Assembly: GCA_963695345.1 (NCBI GenBank)
Contig: OY968769.1
Coordinates: 96,001 to 160,000, forward strand
DNA: 64,000 nucleotides
Direction: 5' to 3'
Source of the DNA: an uncultured Methanomassiliicoccales archaeon
GTDB lineage: Archaea > Thermoplasmatota > Thermoplasmata > Methanomassiliicoccales > UBA472
The notes beneath the pieces are model-generated. The model had not been told where the DNA came from. It saw only the letters and a list, made by a program, of their open reading frames with translations, and ran no database searches. This document shows, piece after piece, positions 54,990 through 64,000 of this stretch. Position 1 is the stretch's first letter. Every line of letters begins with the position of its first letter. A program made the position numbers and the translations under genes.

Positions 54990-55645
54990 TGGTCCACATC
55001 CATCTTAGACCGGACTTCCAACCATGCAATGGTGTACCTATCATTGGCACCGTAGAAATCCGCCCCTATCGAGTCGGCGAATTGCTGCGTCATTTGGCCT
55101 CCCCCGATCAATATCTTCCGACCCTCTCGAAGGCCTTCCTCCCTGATCTGCTGGACCAGGTCACGCACCCCGATCAATGTGGGGGTCATCAAGGTCGATA
55201 TGGCGATATAGTCTGGTCTGGTCTGCTTTATGCTCCCGAGAAAGTCATCGTTCGGAACATCCCTTCCCAGGTCAACGCAGGTGTATCCGTGGGCCTCGAC
55301 GATCACCTTGATCAGGTTCTTGCCGATGTCATGGATGTCCCCTTCCACCACCCCGATGACCATTTTTTGGCCAGGATGGTACTCTCCTACGCTTAGATGG
55401 GGACGGAGTATGTCAAATGCGCTGTAAAAGGCATTGGCCGACGCCAACACCTGCGGGAGGTATAGTTCTCTCCTATCGTACCCTTTCGCAACTTCCTGCA
55501 TACCGGCATTGAGTCCATTGATCACCGCATCATTTATATCCAGCCCCCTAAGGACAATCTCACGGGCGGTATCTGATGCAATTTCACTGTCCATCCTCAC
55601 GATGGCGTTCCTCAACCTTTCCGATAATTCTGAACTCATCTCCAA
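54986..55645 (-). CDS. Methyltransferase cognate corrinoid protein
   Basis: GVVEGDIHDIGKN, DLGRDVP, STLMT, IGGG B12-binding motifs plus N-terminal cap. Confidence 0.93.
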   Translation of the reverse strand: MEMSSELSERLRNAIVRMDSEIASDTAREIVLRGLDINDAVINGLNAGMQEVAKGYDRRELYLPQVLASANAFYSAFDILRPHLSVGEYHPGQKMVIGVVEGDIHDIGKNLIKVIVEAHGYTCVDLGRDVPNDDFLGSIKQTRPDYIAISTLMTPTLIGVRDLVQQIREEGLREGRKILIGGGQMTQQFADSIGADFYGANDRYTIAWLEVRSKMDVDH

Positions 55646-55925
55646 GCCCTTGCTGCCAAGCTTTCTATTCGAAACACATGTTCATTCGACCGCCTTCTTC
55701 CCCAAGTTCGGCCTCGAACTATGGTCTAGTGTGGATGTGCATTCAAGTGTTAACAGACTATACTCTTGGACTCTATTTATACGAGCGTTTTAAAATTCTT
55801 GATGTTGTCCATCAGCCCAAGAAACGGCAACATTGAGATTAGGACCTGAACGGGAAATTAAGATGATGATGAAGATAAATGGAAAAGGTTTATATTTATT
55901 GAAAAGTCGGACTTTGCTTAAGAGC

Positions 55926-56363
55926 TCAGCCCTTGTTCTTGATCATCATTACCTCGATGATCTTCATTGCTTGGGCTTCCGGGATGCCCATCATGACCTG
56001 GATCTTGGTTATGACCTGCTGCTCCTTGGCGTCGACATCCCCGTCCGCGAACACGAGGTCAGTGGCGACGGCGAAGGCGGTCTCCTTGAGATCGGCCGGC
56101 AGTGATTCGTTGGACATCTTCATCAATACATCGAATCCCTGGTGCTGCACGATGTTGATCAGCTTGTTGAGGAGGTTGCCCATCTGGTTCTGGGTGAAGT
56201 TCTTGAACATGTTCATCCGATACAGACCAGTGATGAAACCGCGGCCTTCCTCCTCGGTGATGCTTCCGTCGGCGGCGATGGCGGCCAGGCCAACTGCGGC
56301 GAAAGCCTCTTCCTTGGTCAACTTTTCCGGCTCTTTCGGTAGTACTTTGTCGAACAGACCCAT
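55926..56363 (-). CDS. TerB-family protein
   Basis: EAFAAVGLAAIAADG..EE, ETAFAVATDLVFADG, IIEVMMIKNKG. Confidence 0.85.
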   Translation of the reverse strand: MGLFDKVLPKEPEKLTKEEAFAAVGLAAIAADGSITEEEGRGFITGLYRMNMFKNFTQNQMGNLLNKLINIVQHQGFDVLMKMSNESLPADLKETAFAVATDLVFADGDVDAKEQQVITKIQVMMGIPEAQAMKIIEVMMIKNKG

Positions 56364-56718
56364 ATGAATTCCTCTTGCTCTCCTATTGAAGCTCGAAACA
56401 TGACCGAAACCGGCTACCCAGATTCGATCGAACGCCATTCGAGCCTTCGGCCAGATGTTCGGAACCTTGATTAAGGTTTTCGATTCAATAATGCATTCGT
56501 GAATTGATGACGAGAGTGTCATAATGCAAGCCAGTGGGTCCTTGCATGGAGTGACTAGTGGTGAAAAATGAATTGCCTATCGGTCAACCAGTGGTTCCTG
56601 TTCAACATCTTCTGATACACGGTGATCCTCTTCATCAGCCCATCTTGACATCGGGATAAATGGTCTATGGCAAGTTACATATACTCTTTGTAATCATATG
56701 GTGATAATGGTGATTTAG

Positions 56719-57111
56719 GTGAGAATGACACCTGCGAATGTAGACCCAGAATATGTTTGGCTAAGGGAAGAGAGGCGCCTCAACGCCGGATCGGCAGGAA
56801 CTGGACCCATGAAAGCTGAGCGAAAAGAAAACGCCTCTGACAATGGGATGGGCTTAGGCAATGGCATTAACGCGGCTTACCGTGGATTCACTGAAAGTAT
56901 CATCCGTATGGGGTTAATCGGAGTCTCGCTCCATTGCCTAGGGCTGATTTGGCTCCTATCAGCGGCGGGATTCGATGTTCCCTGGTATTCAGTGTTCCCA
57001 ATTACTACTATGGTCGTCGGAGGGGTTTTAATTCTTAGAGCCATTATCCTTGATCGGGATAGATCAGCGAGGGAGACTTTCAGTGACCGACGTAACCATT
57101 CGAGGAATTGA
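56719..57111 (+). CDS. Hypothetical membrane protein
   Basis: Two TM helices. Confidence 0.5.
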   Translation: MRMTPANVDPEYVWLREERRLNAGSAGTGPMKAERKENASDNGMGLGNGINAAYRGFTESIIRMGLIGVSLHCLGLIWLLSAAGFDVPWYSVFPITTMVVGGVLILRAIILDRDRSARETFSDRRNHSRN

Positions 57112-57463
57112 GGACGAGACCTATTCTCAGTTCGCGGCCGAAGCAAAGAAGCGTGGCATTCCGATCGGTGAGTACACGACCATTGCCATGAAGGCCATGA
57201 TAGCCAATTCCACAGCGCCGGTCTACCACATAGGCAACCTGGAACACCTGTCGGTGTCCAAGGCGGACCTCGAATCCATCGAATTGCCGGTAATACTCAG
57301 CAATATCGAGGTTCTCGATTTCGACCATACCGTTGATTGGCCTACCTTCAACAGACAGGTGAAGGAGATCAACAACATCGAACTGATCCGGGTCCACAAA
57401 TCCCTTTCGAAGTTCCAGGTATTGACCAAGGCAAAGAATGTGGAAACGATAGAATCCAAGTGA
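57083..57463 (+). CDS. Hypothetical protein with N-terminal ribbon-helix-helix-like motif
   Basis: DVTIRGIEDETYSQFAAEAKKRGIPIGE; GTG start after ggga. Confidence 0.65.
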   Translation: MTDVTIRGIEDETYSQFAAEAKKRGIPIGEYTTIAMKAMIANSTAPVYHIGNLEHLSVSKADLESIELPVILSNIEVLDFDHTVDWPTFNRQVKEINNIELIRVHKSLSKFQVLTKAKNVETIESK

Positions 57464-57665
57464 TCGATGGCTGGCAGGGGAGACGGCATACTGCCGAACC
57501 GCTCGAACCGAGATCAACAATGGCTCCTTTCTGAGGAATGATCGATTTTCATGAGTCGAGACCACGAAGCTGTTTAGGCACCACCCATCATCTTTCCTGA
57601 TGTCCGTGTTTTAGAAGGGAAGTTTTAATACCTCGCCGACTCAAGTTGTATGCGAGTACTAGAAA

Positions 57666-58052
57666 ATGAGCGAGAACAACAGCATAAGTAGATTCACATT
57701 ACTGGAGAAGACACTGGAGGCCAAGGCAGGGTTCAATCAGGAGACGGCGCAGGAAGTGACACTGAGGATCCTGAACTATTTCGGATATCACGACGAGATC
57801 ATCGACAACGCGTTGAACCAGGAGGACCGGAGGTTGTTCTATTACCTTCAGGACATAGACCTGCTGCAGACCCACTGGGAGGAGACACAGCTGGCAAGCG
57901 GAAGGAACTGGCGCATTTTCTACTGGGCGCTCAATCTGGAACGGCTCAAGGAGTGCGAGGTCAAGTTGACCAAGAAGGTCGAGGACCCTAACGTCTACAT
58001 GTCCCTTCCAGAGACCGCCTGGAACAAAACGCATTTTCCAGCCCAGACCTGA
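57666..58052 (+). CDS. Conserved Thermoplasmata-type protein (DUF6015-like)
   Basis: LNYFGY.DEIIDN.L..EDR..FY.L...GRNWRIFYW. Confidence 0.7.
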   Translation: MSENNSISRFTLLEKTLEAKAGFNQETAQEVTLRILNYFGYHDEIIDNALNQEDRRLFYYLQDIDLLQTHWEETQLASGRNWRIFYWALNLERLKECEVKLTKKVEDPNVYMSLPETAWNKTHFPAQT

Positions 58053-58094
58053 GCGTTCAAAACCAATTTATCCCCGGTCCTGTATCAATGGACC

Positions 58095-58409
58095 GTGAAG
58101 TTCTGCTATTGTCCTGAATGCAAGGAGCTCCATCCTAAGAATTGGTATGGAGGGCGTTCTTGCGAAAGGTGCAACGGGACCTGCGCCATTATCATCATTC
58201 CCACTTCCATCGTTGGATATCTGATGTACGCATTCAGCCTCCTCGCCGTCGTTCTGATCGCGATCAACCTACTGGCGATCAGATGGGCACTTACCGATTA
58301 CACGATCCCGCTGATCTTCGCCGCGATCATCGCTGGATTCGTCTGCTCTTTCATCGAGATCGGGAGGGGAACGAAACTGGCCTATGAACGCATCCGGAAG
58401 AGAAACTAG
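58095..58409 (+). CDS. Zinc-ribbon membrane protein
   Basis: CPEC...CERC followed by two TM helices. Confidence 0.7.
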   Translation: MKFCYCPECKELHPKNWYGGRSCERCNGTCAIIIIPTSIVGYLMYAFSLLAVVLIAINLLAIRWALTDYTIPLIFAAIIAGFVCSFIEIGRGTKLAYERIRKRN

Positions 58410-58888
58410 GCGTACCTGACCGTCAGCACGTATGAGCAGAGGCCGGAGGGTGCCGCGACGGTCAGGCTGGATACGAAGATGTCGCCGCCGGTATCATTTC
58501 CGAGGGCACTGCCGATAGTGAAGGAATAATCCCCGTCCGAACAGACCCACTCCGCCTTGTACTGGGGTTGGAACAGGCCCCGCAGCATCGCGTCGATCTC
58601 CGTATGAATCCTATCGGGAAGCGGTTTCTTGATGAACAGCAAGGTGGCGATAGCATCCGACACGGGCATGAGTTTCTCAGAGGCTTCTGACCAGGAACTA
58701 AGAGTTGCTCCCATGAGGACCGAGTGGCACTTTTCCACATACGATTGCACATTCCCATCGACATCATGGACGGGGTTAAAGGCGACCAGCACGGTCACGG
58801 AGACAACTGACATCACCGAGAGGAACATGAGCGCGTCGAACAACGCCGCCATTCCGCCCATATCCCCGGACAATCGTCTCATTGCCAC
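58406..58888 (-). CDS. Hypothetical pilin-like protein
   Basis: Basic N-terminus, GG, then a hydrophobic helix ALFDALMFL. Confidence 0.55.
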   Translation of the reverse strand: MAMRRLSGDMGGMAALFDALMFLSVMSVVSVTVLVAFNPVHDVDGNVQSYVEKCHSVLMGATLSSWSEASEKLMPVSDAIATLLFIKKPLPDRIHTEIDAMLRGLFQPQYKAEWVCSDGDYSFTIGSALGNDTGGDIFVSSLTVAAPSGLCSYVLTVRYA

Positions 58889-59349
58889 ACGATCACCGTC
58901 ACCTTGCCGGCATGAACGGTCCTGTCGGAAACGGAGATGAGAACCGGGAGCGAAGACGAACGGGTATCATTGTCCCCAGACATCGGACCTGTCCGCAACA
59001 GGACCTTTGAGGTGGAATTCGTGGATATGTCCTGCAACGTCAGACAGTAGCCAGCTACCATGGCGCCGACGTGAAAGAGCGATGAGTTCAAAAGGCCCAA
59101 GGATGAGCTCTGAAGGGTCTGCCCTTCGAAGAAGGGAGATCCAAGCGAGAAGAACTGGTCAGTGAGCGACTGGCACGTGGCCTGTAGCGAGCTCGTATCC
59201 GAACCGCGCCTCAGGTCGATCCCGACGAACGCCAGCGAGGCGGTCACCAGAACCACCCCGCAGATGACCACCATCATCGCCAGGACCGACTCCATGAACC
59301 CTCCGACGCCGGCCCTGCCGGGACGCCGGCCTATGGTGCGCTCGCTCAT
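58879..59349 (-). CDS. Hypothetical pilin-like protein
   Basis: RRPGRAG/VGGFMESVLAMMVVI resembles a class III signal peptide. Confidence 0.55.
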   Translation of the reverse strand: MSERTIGRRPGRAGVGGFMESVLAMMVVICGVVLVTASLAFVGIDLRRGSDTSSLQATCQSLTDQFFSLGSPFFEGQTLQSSSLGLLNSSLFHVGAMVAGYCLTLQDISTNSTSKVLLRTGPMSGDNDTRSSSLPVLISVSDRTVHAGKVTVIVWQ

Positions 59350-59406
59350 ATGCGGAGATAGAACCCCGGCCACCAAGACGGTAACGGCTACAGTGAGCCT
59401 AACCGC

Positions 59407-61356
59407 TCACGGCACGCCGTTCTGGTAATGGGCGGAGGTGATCGGCCCGCACTTCTTCTTGAGGACCGCCTTGCTCTCCAGGTCCCTTTCGTGGAACACC
59501 TTGGCGGCCATCTCGGCCAGGTCCGGGTGCCTGCGGCGCAGGTCCAGGGAGAACGAGTCTATGCCCATGTCCTCCATCTCCTGCAGGTAGTCGAGCAGGA
59601 ACAGGTCGGACGAGTTGGTTATGTGGGCATAGCCGTCCGTGTCCCGGTAGACCTGGAAACGCTTACCCAGATGGTCCATCAGGAACCCTTCCTTCAGGGA
59701 CGGGTCCTTGGTGATCATGAGCTCCACCCGGCCGAACGCCAGCACCTCCAGCCGTCCGTCGTAGTGCTGCACCGTCTCCCAGATGTCGTCATGCGAAAGC
59801 TCCACCGACATGGTCTGCTGGAAGAGCCGGGGGGTGGTGAGCGAGTTGAAGAAGTTCATCGAGTGGTGACCATAGAGGCGCCGGTCACCGTACTGGTGAG
59901 CCTGGCCCACATTGCAGACCATGATGGACCGGTCTTCGAGCAACGGCATGTCGACCGACACCCGGGGCATGATCGGCACGAACTCCTTGCCGACGTCGGC
60001 GCACATGGCCCTGGCCTCGTCGATCTGCTTGTTCCGCTCGAAGTAGATGCGGTCAGAGAACGGCAATACCTTCTCCAGCACCTTGAGGCTCGAGGCATAT
60101 ACCGACATCTCCGCCTGCCGGGGCTGACGGCGGTGCTTCGCCGGACGGAGCTGGACCGGACGTCTTGTGGCGGTGAGTTCGGGGAACTGCATGTTATCGA
60201 TCATCTTGCGCATGGAGTCGAACTCCCGGTCCTTCGTCTTATAGACCGTGAACTCGCCCACCTCCATCTTGAACGGGGAGCGCAGATAGACGGTTCCATC
60301 CCGGGTGCTGCTCTGCTCCTTGACCTCGAACCCGGCCAGCTTCTCATCGCCCCGGTACATGGTGATCCCGTCCCCCGGCAGGACCTTGTCCGTCTTGAGC
60401 GCGAGCCTGGTGCCGTCGGAGGTCGCCTTTCCCAGCGGCAGACCGCGCGAATCCGCGTACTCCCGGGCCATGACGTTCGTGTCCATCAGGTAGCCGCGCG
60501 AGAAGCCGCGGTTGAACACCGTTTCCAGCAGCTCGCGTTCCCGCGGCGTGATAAGCTCACGGTCGCCCGCCTGGGCCCTCTTGATGACCGACTTGTAGAT
60601 CTTGGTGGCCACATAGACGTACAGCGGGTTGCGCATCCGCCCCTCGATCTTGATGGACTTCACGCCCAGGCGCAGAAGCTCCGGGATCGCCTCGATGCCG
60701 AAGGTGTCGGCGGTGCTCAGCAGGAACCCGCGCTCGTTACCCAGCTCATACTCCTTCCGGCAGGGCTGGGCGCAGAGCCCGCGGTTGCCGCTCCTGCCGC
60801 CAAGCATGCTGGAGAACAGGCACTGGCCGGAGACGCAGTAGCAAAGGGCGCCGTGCACGAAAACCTCGAGGCCGACCTTGGTGCCTTCCTTGATCTTGCG
60901 GATCTGGGCGAGGGACAGCTCCCGCGCGAGAATGACCCGCTCGACCCCCTCCGATTGGGCCCAGAGAGCGCCCTCCAGGGAATCGATCCCCATCTGGGTG
61001 GAGGCGTGCACCGGCATCTTGATGCTCTCCTTGATGAGGCGCAGAAGGCCTCGGTCCTGCACGATCACCGCGTCCGCCCCGATCGCCCGGAGCATATCGA
61101 TGTAACCGGCGGCCGTTTCCAGCTCGCTCTCCTTGATCAACGTGTTGACAGTGACGTACACTTTGACGTGATGGTCGTGGGCGAGCTTGATCGCTGAGCG
61201 CATCTCCCCATCGTCAAAATTCTCGGCCAGACGCCGGGCGCCAAAGTCCTTACCGCCCAGGTAGACCGCGTCCGCTCCTCCGATGATGGCCGCCTTCAGG
61301 GCGTCCTTGTAACCTACCGGCGCTAACAGCTCCACGACATCGGCTATGCACTCCAT
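59407..61356 (-). CDS. U32 peptidase family protein (probable RNA hydroxylation enzyme, RlhA/TrhP-like)
   Basis: ELLAPVG, GADAVYLG, HASTQ, LARELS, HGALCYCVSGQC, SGNRGLCAQPCR, KIEGRM. Confidence 0.9.
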   Translation of the reverse strand: MECIADVVELLAPVGYKDALKAAIIGGADAVYLGGKDFGARRLAENFDDGEMRSAIKLAHDHHVKVYVTVNTLIKESELETAAGYIDMLRAIGADAVIVQDRGLLRLIKESIKMPVHASTQMGIDSLEGALWAQSEGVERVILARELSLAQIRKIKEGTKVGLEVFVHGALCYCVSGQCLFSSMLGGRSGNRGLCAQPCRKEYELGNERGFLLSTADTFGIEAIPELLRLGVKSIKIEGRMRNPLYVYVATKIYKSVIKRAQAGDRELITPRERELLETVFNRGFSRGYLMDTNVMAREYADSRGLPLGKATSDGTRLALKTDKVLPGDGITMYRGDEKLAGFEVKEQSSTRDGTVYLRSPFKMEVGEFTVYKTKDREFDSMRKMIDNMQFPELTATRRPVQLRPAKHRRQPRQAEMSVYASSLKVLEKVLPFSDRIYFERNKQIDEARAMCADVGKEFVPIMPRVSVDMPLLEDRSIMVCNVGQAHQYGDRRLYGHHSMNFFNSLTTPRLFQQTMSVELSHDDIWETVQHYDGRLEVLAFGRVELMITKDPSLKEGFLMDHLGKRFQVYRDTDGYAHITNSSDLFLLDYLQEMEDMGIDSFSLDLRRRHPDLAEMAAKVFHERDLESKAVLKKKCGPITSAHYQNGVP

Positions 61357-61527
61357 GACTTAAAGACAACGCAGAATCGCCACGGAAGCGTAGCTAAAGC
61401 GGGATTGACGATGGCTTACAGAAGCCTACGGAGTTCCTCGAAAGTAAGGATTGTTCCATTAATGGACCTAGGGGGACCGTACTTCCAATGAATGGCAGCC
61501 ATGGGATGACATGACATATCTCGTGGA

Positions 61528-62094
61528 ATGGATAACTGGCAAACATTAACTATCAAATCACTTTACCCTGCCAGAGTGATACGTTTGAGCCGGGAATTCG
61601 ATTCTTACAACGTCGGACGGAATCTGTATCTGAGCAAGTTCTGTCTGGAGTCCGGTCTTGAAGATTCGCTTGAGACGCTCTTCGAGGAAATCTCAAGCTG
61701 CCTGGCGAATCTGGACATCCATATCGAGTCCGCCAACATCGCCGAGGCGGATAACATCGATGAGTTCCTGTTCGACAAGCTGAGCGAGAAAGAGATCGCC
61801 TTGCTGAGCTTGGGGGTCGCGGTAGGAATGATCCGGTCAGCCCTGCTATCTCTCAGCTCGGAGCACAGGCCAACACCTCGATCGACCCAGGACAAGATGA
61901 AGGGGACGATCGACCTGGCACTGCACAGGATCCACATCGTGCTGGCCGAGCTTGGAACCCTGGAGATCGAAGGCACATTGGTGGAGAAAGTACAACCTCT
62001 GCTCGGCGACTTCAGCAAGCTGAAGGCTTCCGTACCGCTCCTTCAATCAGAGGTCCAGGCCCTCGAAAGACGGATCCGGACGCAGTTTGAATAA
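61528..62094 (+). CDS. Hypothetical helical protein
   Basis: 188-aa ORF with coding-like composition. Confidence 0.6.
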   Translation: MDNWQTLTIKSLYPARVIRLSREFDSYNVGRNLYLSKFCLESGLEDSLETLFEEISSCLANLDIHIESANIAEADNIDEFLFDKLSEKEIALLSLGVAVGMIRSALLSLSSEHRPTPRSTQDKMKGTIDLALHRIHIVLAELGTLEIEGTLVEKVQPLLGDFSKLKASVPLLQSEVQALERRIRTQFE

Positions 62095-62417
62095 AACCCG
62101 ATTTAAATGGTCAGGCGGAAGAGCGGTCAAGGTAACGATGTTATTGCATCGTAACATGTGAAAAGAACTCCCTATCTCGAATGGACTGTTGCATGCTATT
62201 CTGTCGCATCGGCAGGTCGTCAGGTGTGACCCCGATACGTCTCGGAAGGTCGCCTTGGAATCGCCATCATTGTTCTCGTGGCTTGTCGAGCACCTATCCC
62301 TGATGCATTGACCATTGATGAATTTCAACGATTACGATCCGTCCCATTCGAGGAAAAGATGTGTAGGGAAGCCCCATCCAACTACCGAGGCTCCCCTTAT
62401 TTCTGGAACTCCTGGGG

Positions 62418-63785
62418 TCACGCGTGCGGTGCCGCGTGGACCTCCGCGCTCAATGGCCCTTCACCGTTCGCGTTGACCGCGGAGACCTTGTAATAGTAGG
62501 TGACTCCGTTCGTCATCCAGGAATCGGTATACGCTGTGCCGGGGCTGATTGTCTTCACGAGCGTTTCAAATCCGGAAGACCAACCCCGGTAGATCTTGTA
62601 CCCGGTGATGGCCGACCCGCCGTTGGACGGTGCGGTCCAGGTCAGCTTGATCACGCCGCTGGCACCGGTCGCGGTCGCGGATAGTCCGGTTACCGTTCCG
62701 GGAACCCCGGAGGCGGTCGGTGGAGCAACCGGAGAGCCTATGGCCGGTGCCGCGTGGACCTCTGCGCTCAATGGCCCTTCACCTTTCGCGTTGACCGCGG
62801 AGACCTTGTAATAGTAGGTGACTCCGTTGGTCAACCAGCTGTTGGTGTACGAGGTGGCTGGGCTTATGGTCGCTACCAGCTTTTCCGTCCCGGAGGACCA
62901 GGCCCGGTAGATCTTGTACCCGGTGATGGCCGATCCGCCGTTGGACGGTTCGGTCCAGGTCAGCTTGATCACGCCGCTGGCACCGGTCGCGGTCGCGGAT
63001 AGTCCGGTTACCGTTCCGGGAACCCCGGAGGCGGTCGGTACCGTGGTCGGTTTTGCCTGGACCTCGGCGCTCTTTGGCCCTTCACCTTTCGCGTTGATCG
63101 CGGAGACCTTGTAATAGTAGGTGACTCCGTTGGTCAATGCAGTGTTAGTGTACGTGGTAACCGCGCCTAAGGTCACCCAGAGCGTTTCCGATCCGGAGAC
63201 CGTAGACCGATAAATCTTGTAGCCTGTGATGGCCGATCCTCCGTTGTATGGCGCGGTCCAGGTCAGCTTAATATTTGCATTCCCGGCGGTCGCGACAACG
63301 TTTTGAGGTGCAGCGGGCGTTACAGAACTGCCGATCAGTTTCAGAATGTACGATTCAAGGTTGGACATGATCGCGTTCTCGCCTATGAGCACTACCATGT
63401 TCCTTATGAACAGCGTAGGTGTGACCTCGCTCCCCGTGTTGAATTCAGCGTTGAATTGCTTGAAAAGTGCATAGTTGGCAGCACTGGCCTTTATATCAAT
63501 TTCCAAGAAGGTGATCTGCGTGTAACTTTTGTATTTTGTTTCCATGCTTTTCATGAACGGTGCCGCAATCGCGCAGTGTCCGCAGCCAGTTTTCCAGAAA
63601 TAGTATATCGTGGTGCTGGACGTCGCGCTTGCTGTGACGCTCACGGAACCGGTGACCGCATTGGTCATGTTATCGTTCGTCTGTGCTATGGGCTGTGTGC
63701 TTCCTCCTGGAACGGCGGGTACCGCAACTAATGCCAGCGAGAGCACTATGGCTAATGCTATCAATATCTTCAAACCAGATTTCAA
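62418..63785 (-). CDS. Secreted protein: thioredoxin-like CGHC domain plus three FN3 domains
   Basis: Signal peptide; YFWKTGCGHC and VTPTLFI; three LTWT.P.NGGSAITGYKIYR...YYYKVSA units. Confidence 0.85.
   Translation of the reverse strand: MKSGLKILIALAIVLSLALVAVPAVPGGSTQPIAQTNDNMTNAVTGSVSVTASATSSTTIYYFWKTGCGHCAIAAPFMKSMETKYKSYTQITFLEIDIKASAANYALFKQFNAEFNTGSEVTPTLFIRNMVVLIGENAIMSNLESYILKLIGSSVTPAAPQNVVATAGNANIKLTWTAPYNGGSAITGYKIYRSTVSGSETLWVTLGAVTTYTNTALTNGVTYYYKVSAINAKGEGPKSAEVQAKPTTVPTASGVPGTVTGLSATATGASGVIKLTWTEPSNGGSAITGYKIYRAWSSGTEKLVATISPATSYTNSWLTNGVTYYYKVSAVNAKGEGPLSAEVHAAPAIGSPVAPPTASGVPGTVTGLSATATGASGVIKLTWTAPSNGGSAITGYKIYRGWSSGFETLVKTISPGTAYTDSWMTNGVTYYYKVSAVNANGEGPLSAEVHAAPHA
62427..63039 (-). 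repeat. Near-identical tandem FN3 duplication, 318-bp period (62427-62721 and 62745-63039)
   Basis: Long identical DNA runs such as ggtccaggtcagcttgatcacgccgctggcaccggtcgcggtcgcggatagtccgg. Confidence 0.9.
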
Positions 63786-64000
63786 ATAAAACCCCCCGAT
63801 TAATACACGACGGATTGACCTTCCTACCCTCGCCCAATGACCATTCATCAGGATTGAGAACAATGAAGGCTGTAGAATATTCTAGACAAACATGCTATAA
63901 AAAATTTTCGCTCGATACATTTGAGGACCTCTGGAGTCCCTTTTCAATACAATCTTAGGTCGGCATCTCAGATGTCGTTCGACCCACCGAATCGTCATCG

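Noticed and set aside
1140-58409. Pyrrolysine read-through: TAG stops with close backup stops (1143 TAG-TAA, 46034 TAG-TCG-TAA, 47361 TAG-GCT-TAA)
   Set aside because: Only some TAG-ending genes show this, I saw no gene interrupted by an in-frame TAG, and no pyl genes are in the window
59428-61197. 589-aa ORF antisense to the U32 gene (also 13865-15076 and the extension 14503-15210)
   Set aside because: Shadow ORFs expected from high GC3; no recognisable motifs

Overview
Archaeal chromosome segment, most consistent with a Methanomassiliicoccales-type methylotrophic methanogen. This is inferred from a thermosome subunit, TBP, a corrinoid protein with an MtaA-family methyltransferase, and archaeal-type PAS histidine kinases. 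It opens with a core RNA-binding protein gene and tRNA-Leu(TAG). The tRNA is an integration hotspot: a 44-bp att duplication, a second decayed tRNA copy and two integrase remnants follow it. A long accessory stretch (about 0.6-57 kb) holds surface proteins, an ABC transporter, redox and stress genes, many sensor kinases, a CheB-CheR fusion, an orphan KaiB and several gene scars. Core-like genes resume near 57.6 kb. The best candidates for undescribed biology are (i) a metacaspase + CHAT protease operon divergent from a zinc-ribbon/2-TM protein, (ii) an LRR-FN3 surface protein fused to a degenerate site-2 protease, and (iii) a corrinoid/MT2 pair in an apparent operon with a hybrid sensor kinase. 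Twelve genes are broken by a net +1 frameshift, which looks like sequencing error rather than biology. No CRISPR array, rRNA or intact transposase was seen. All family assignments are from motif recognition by eye, not database searches.
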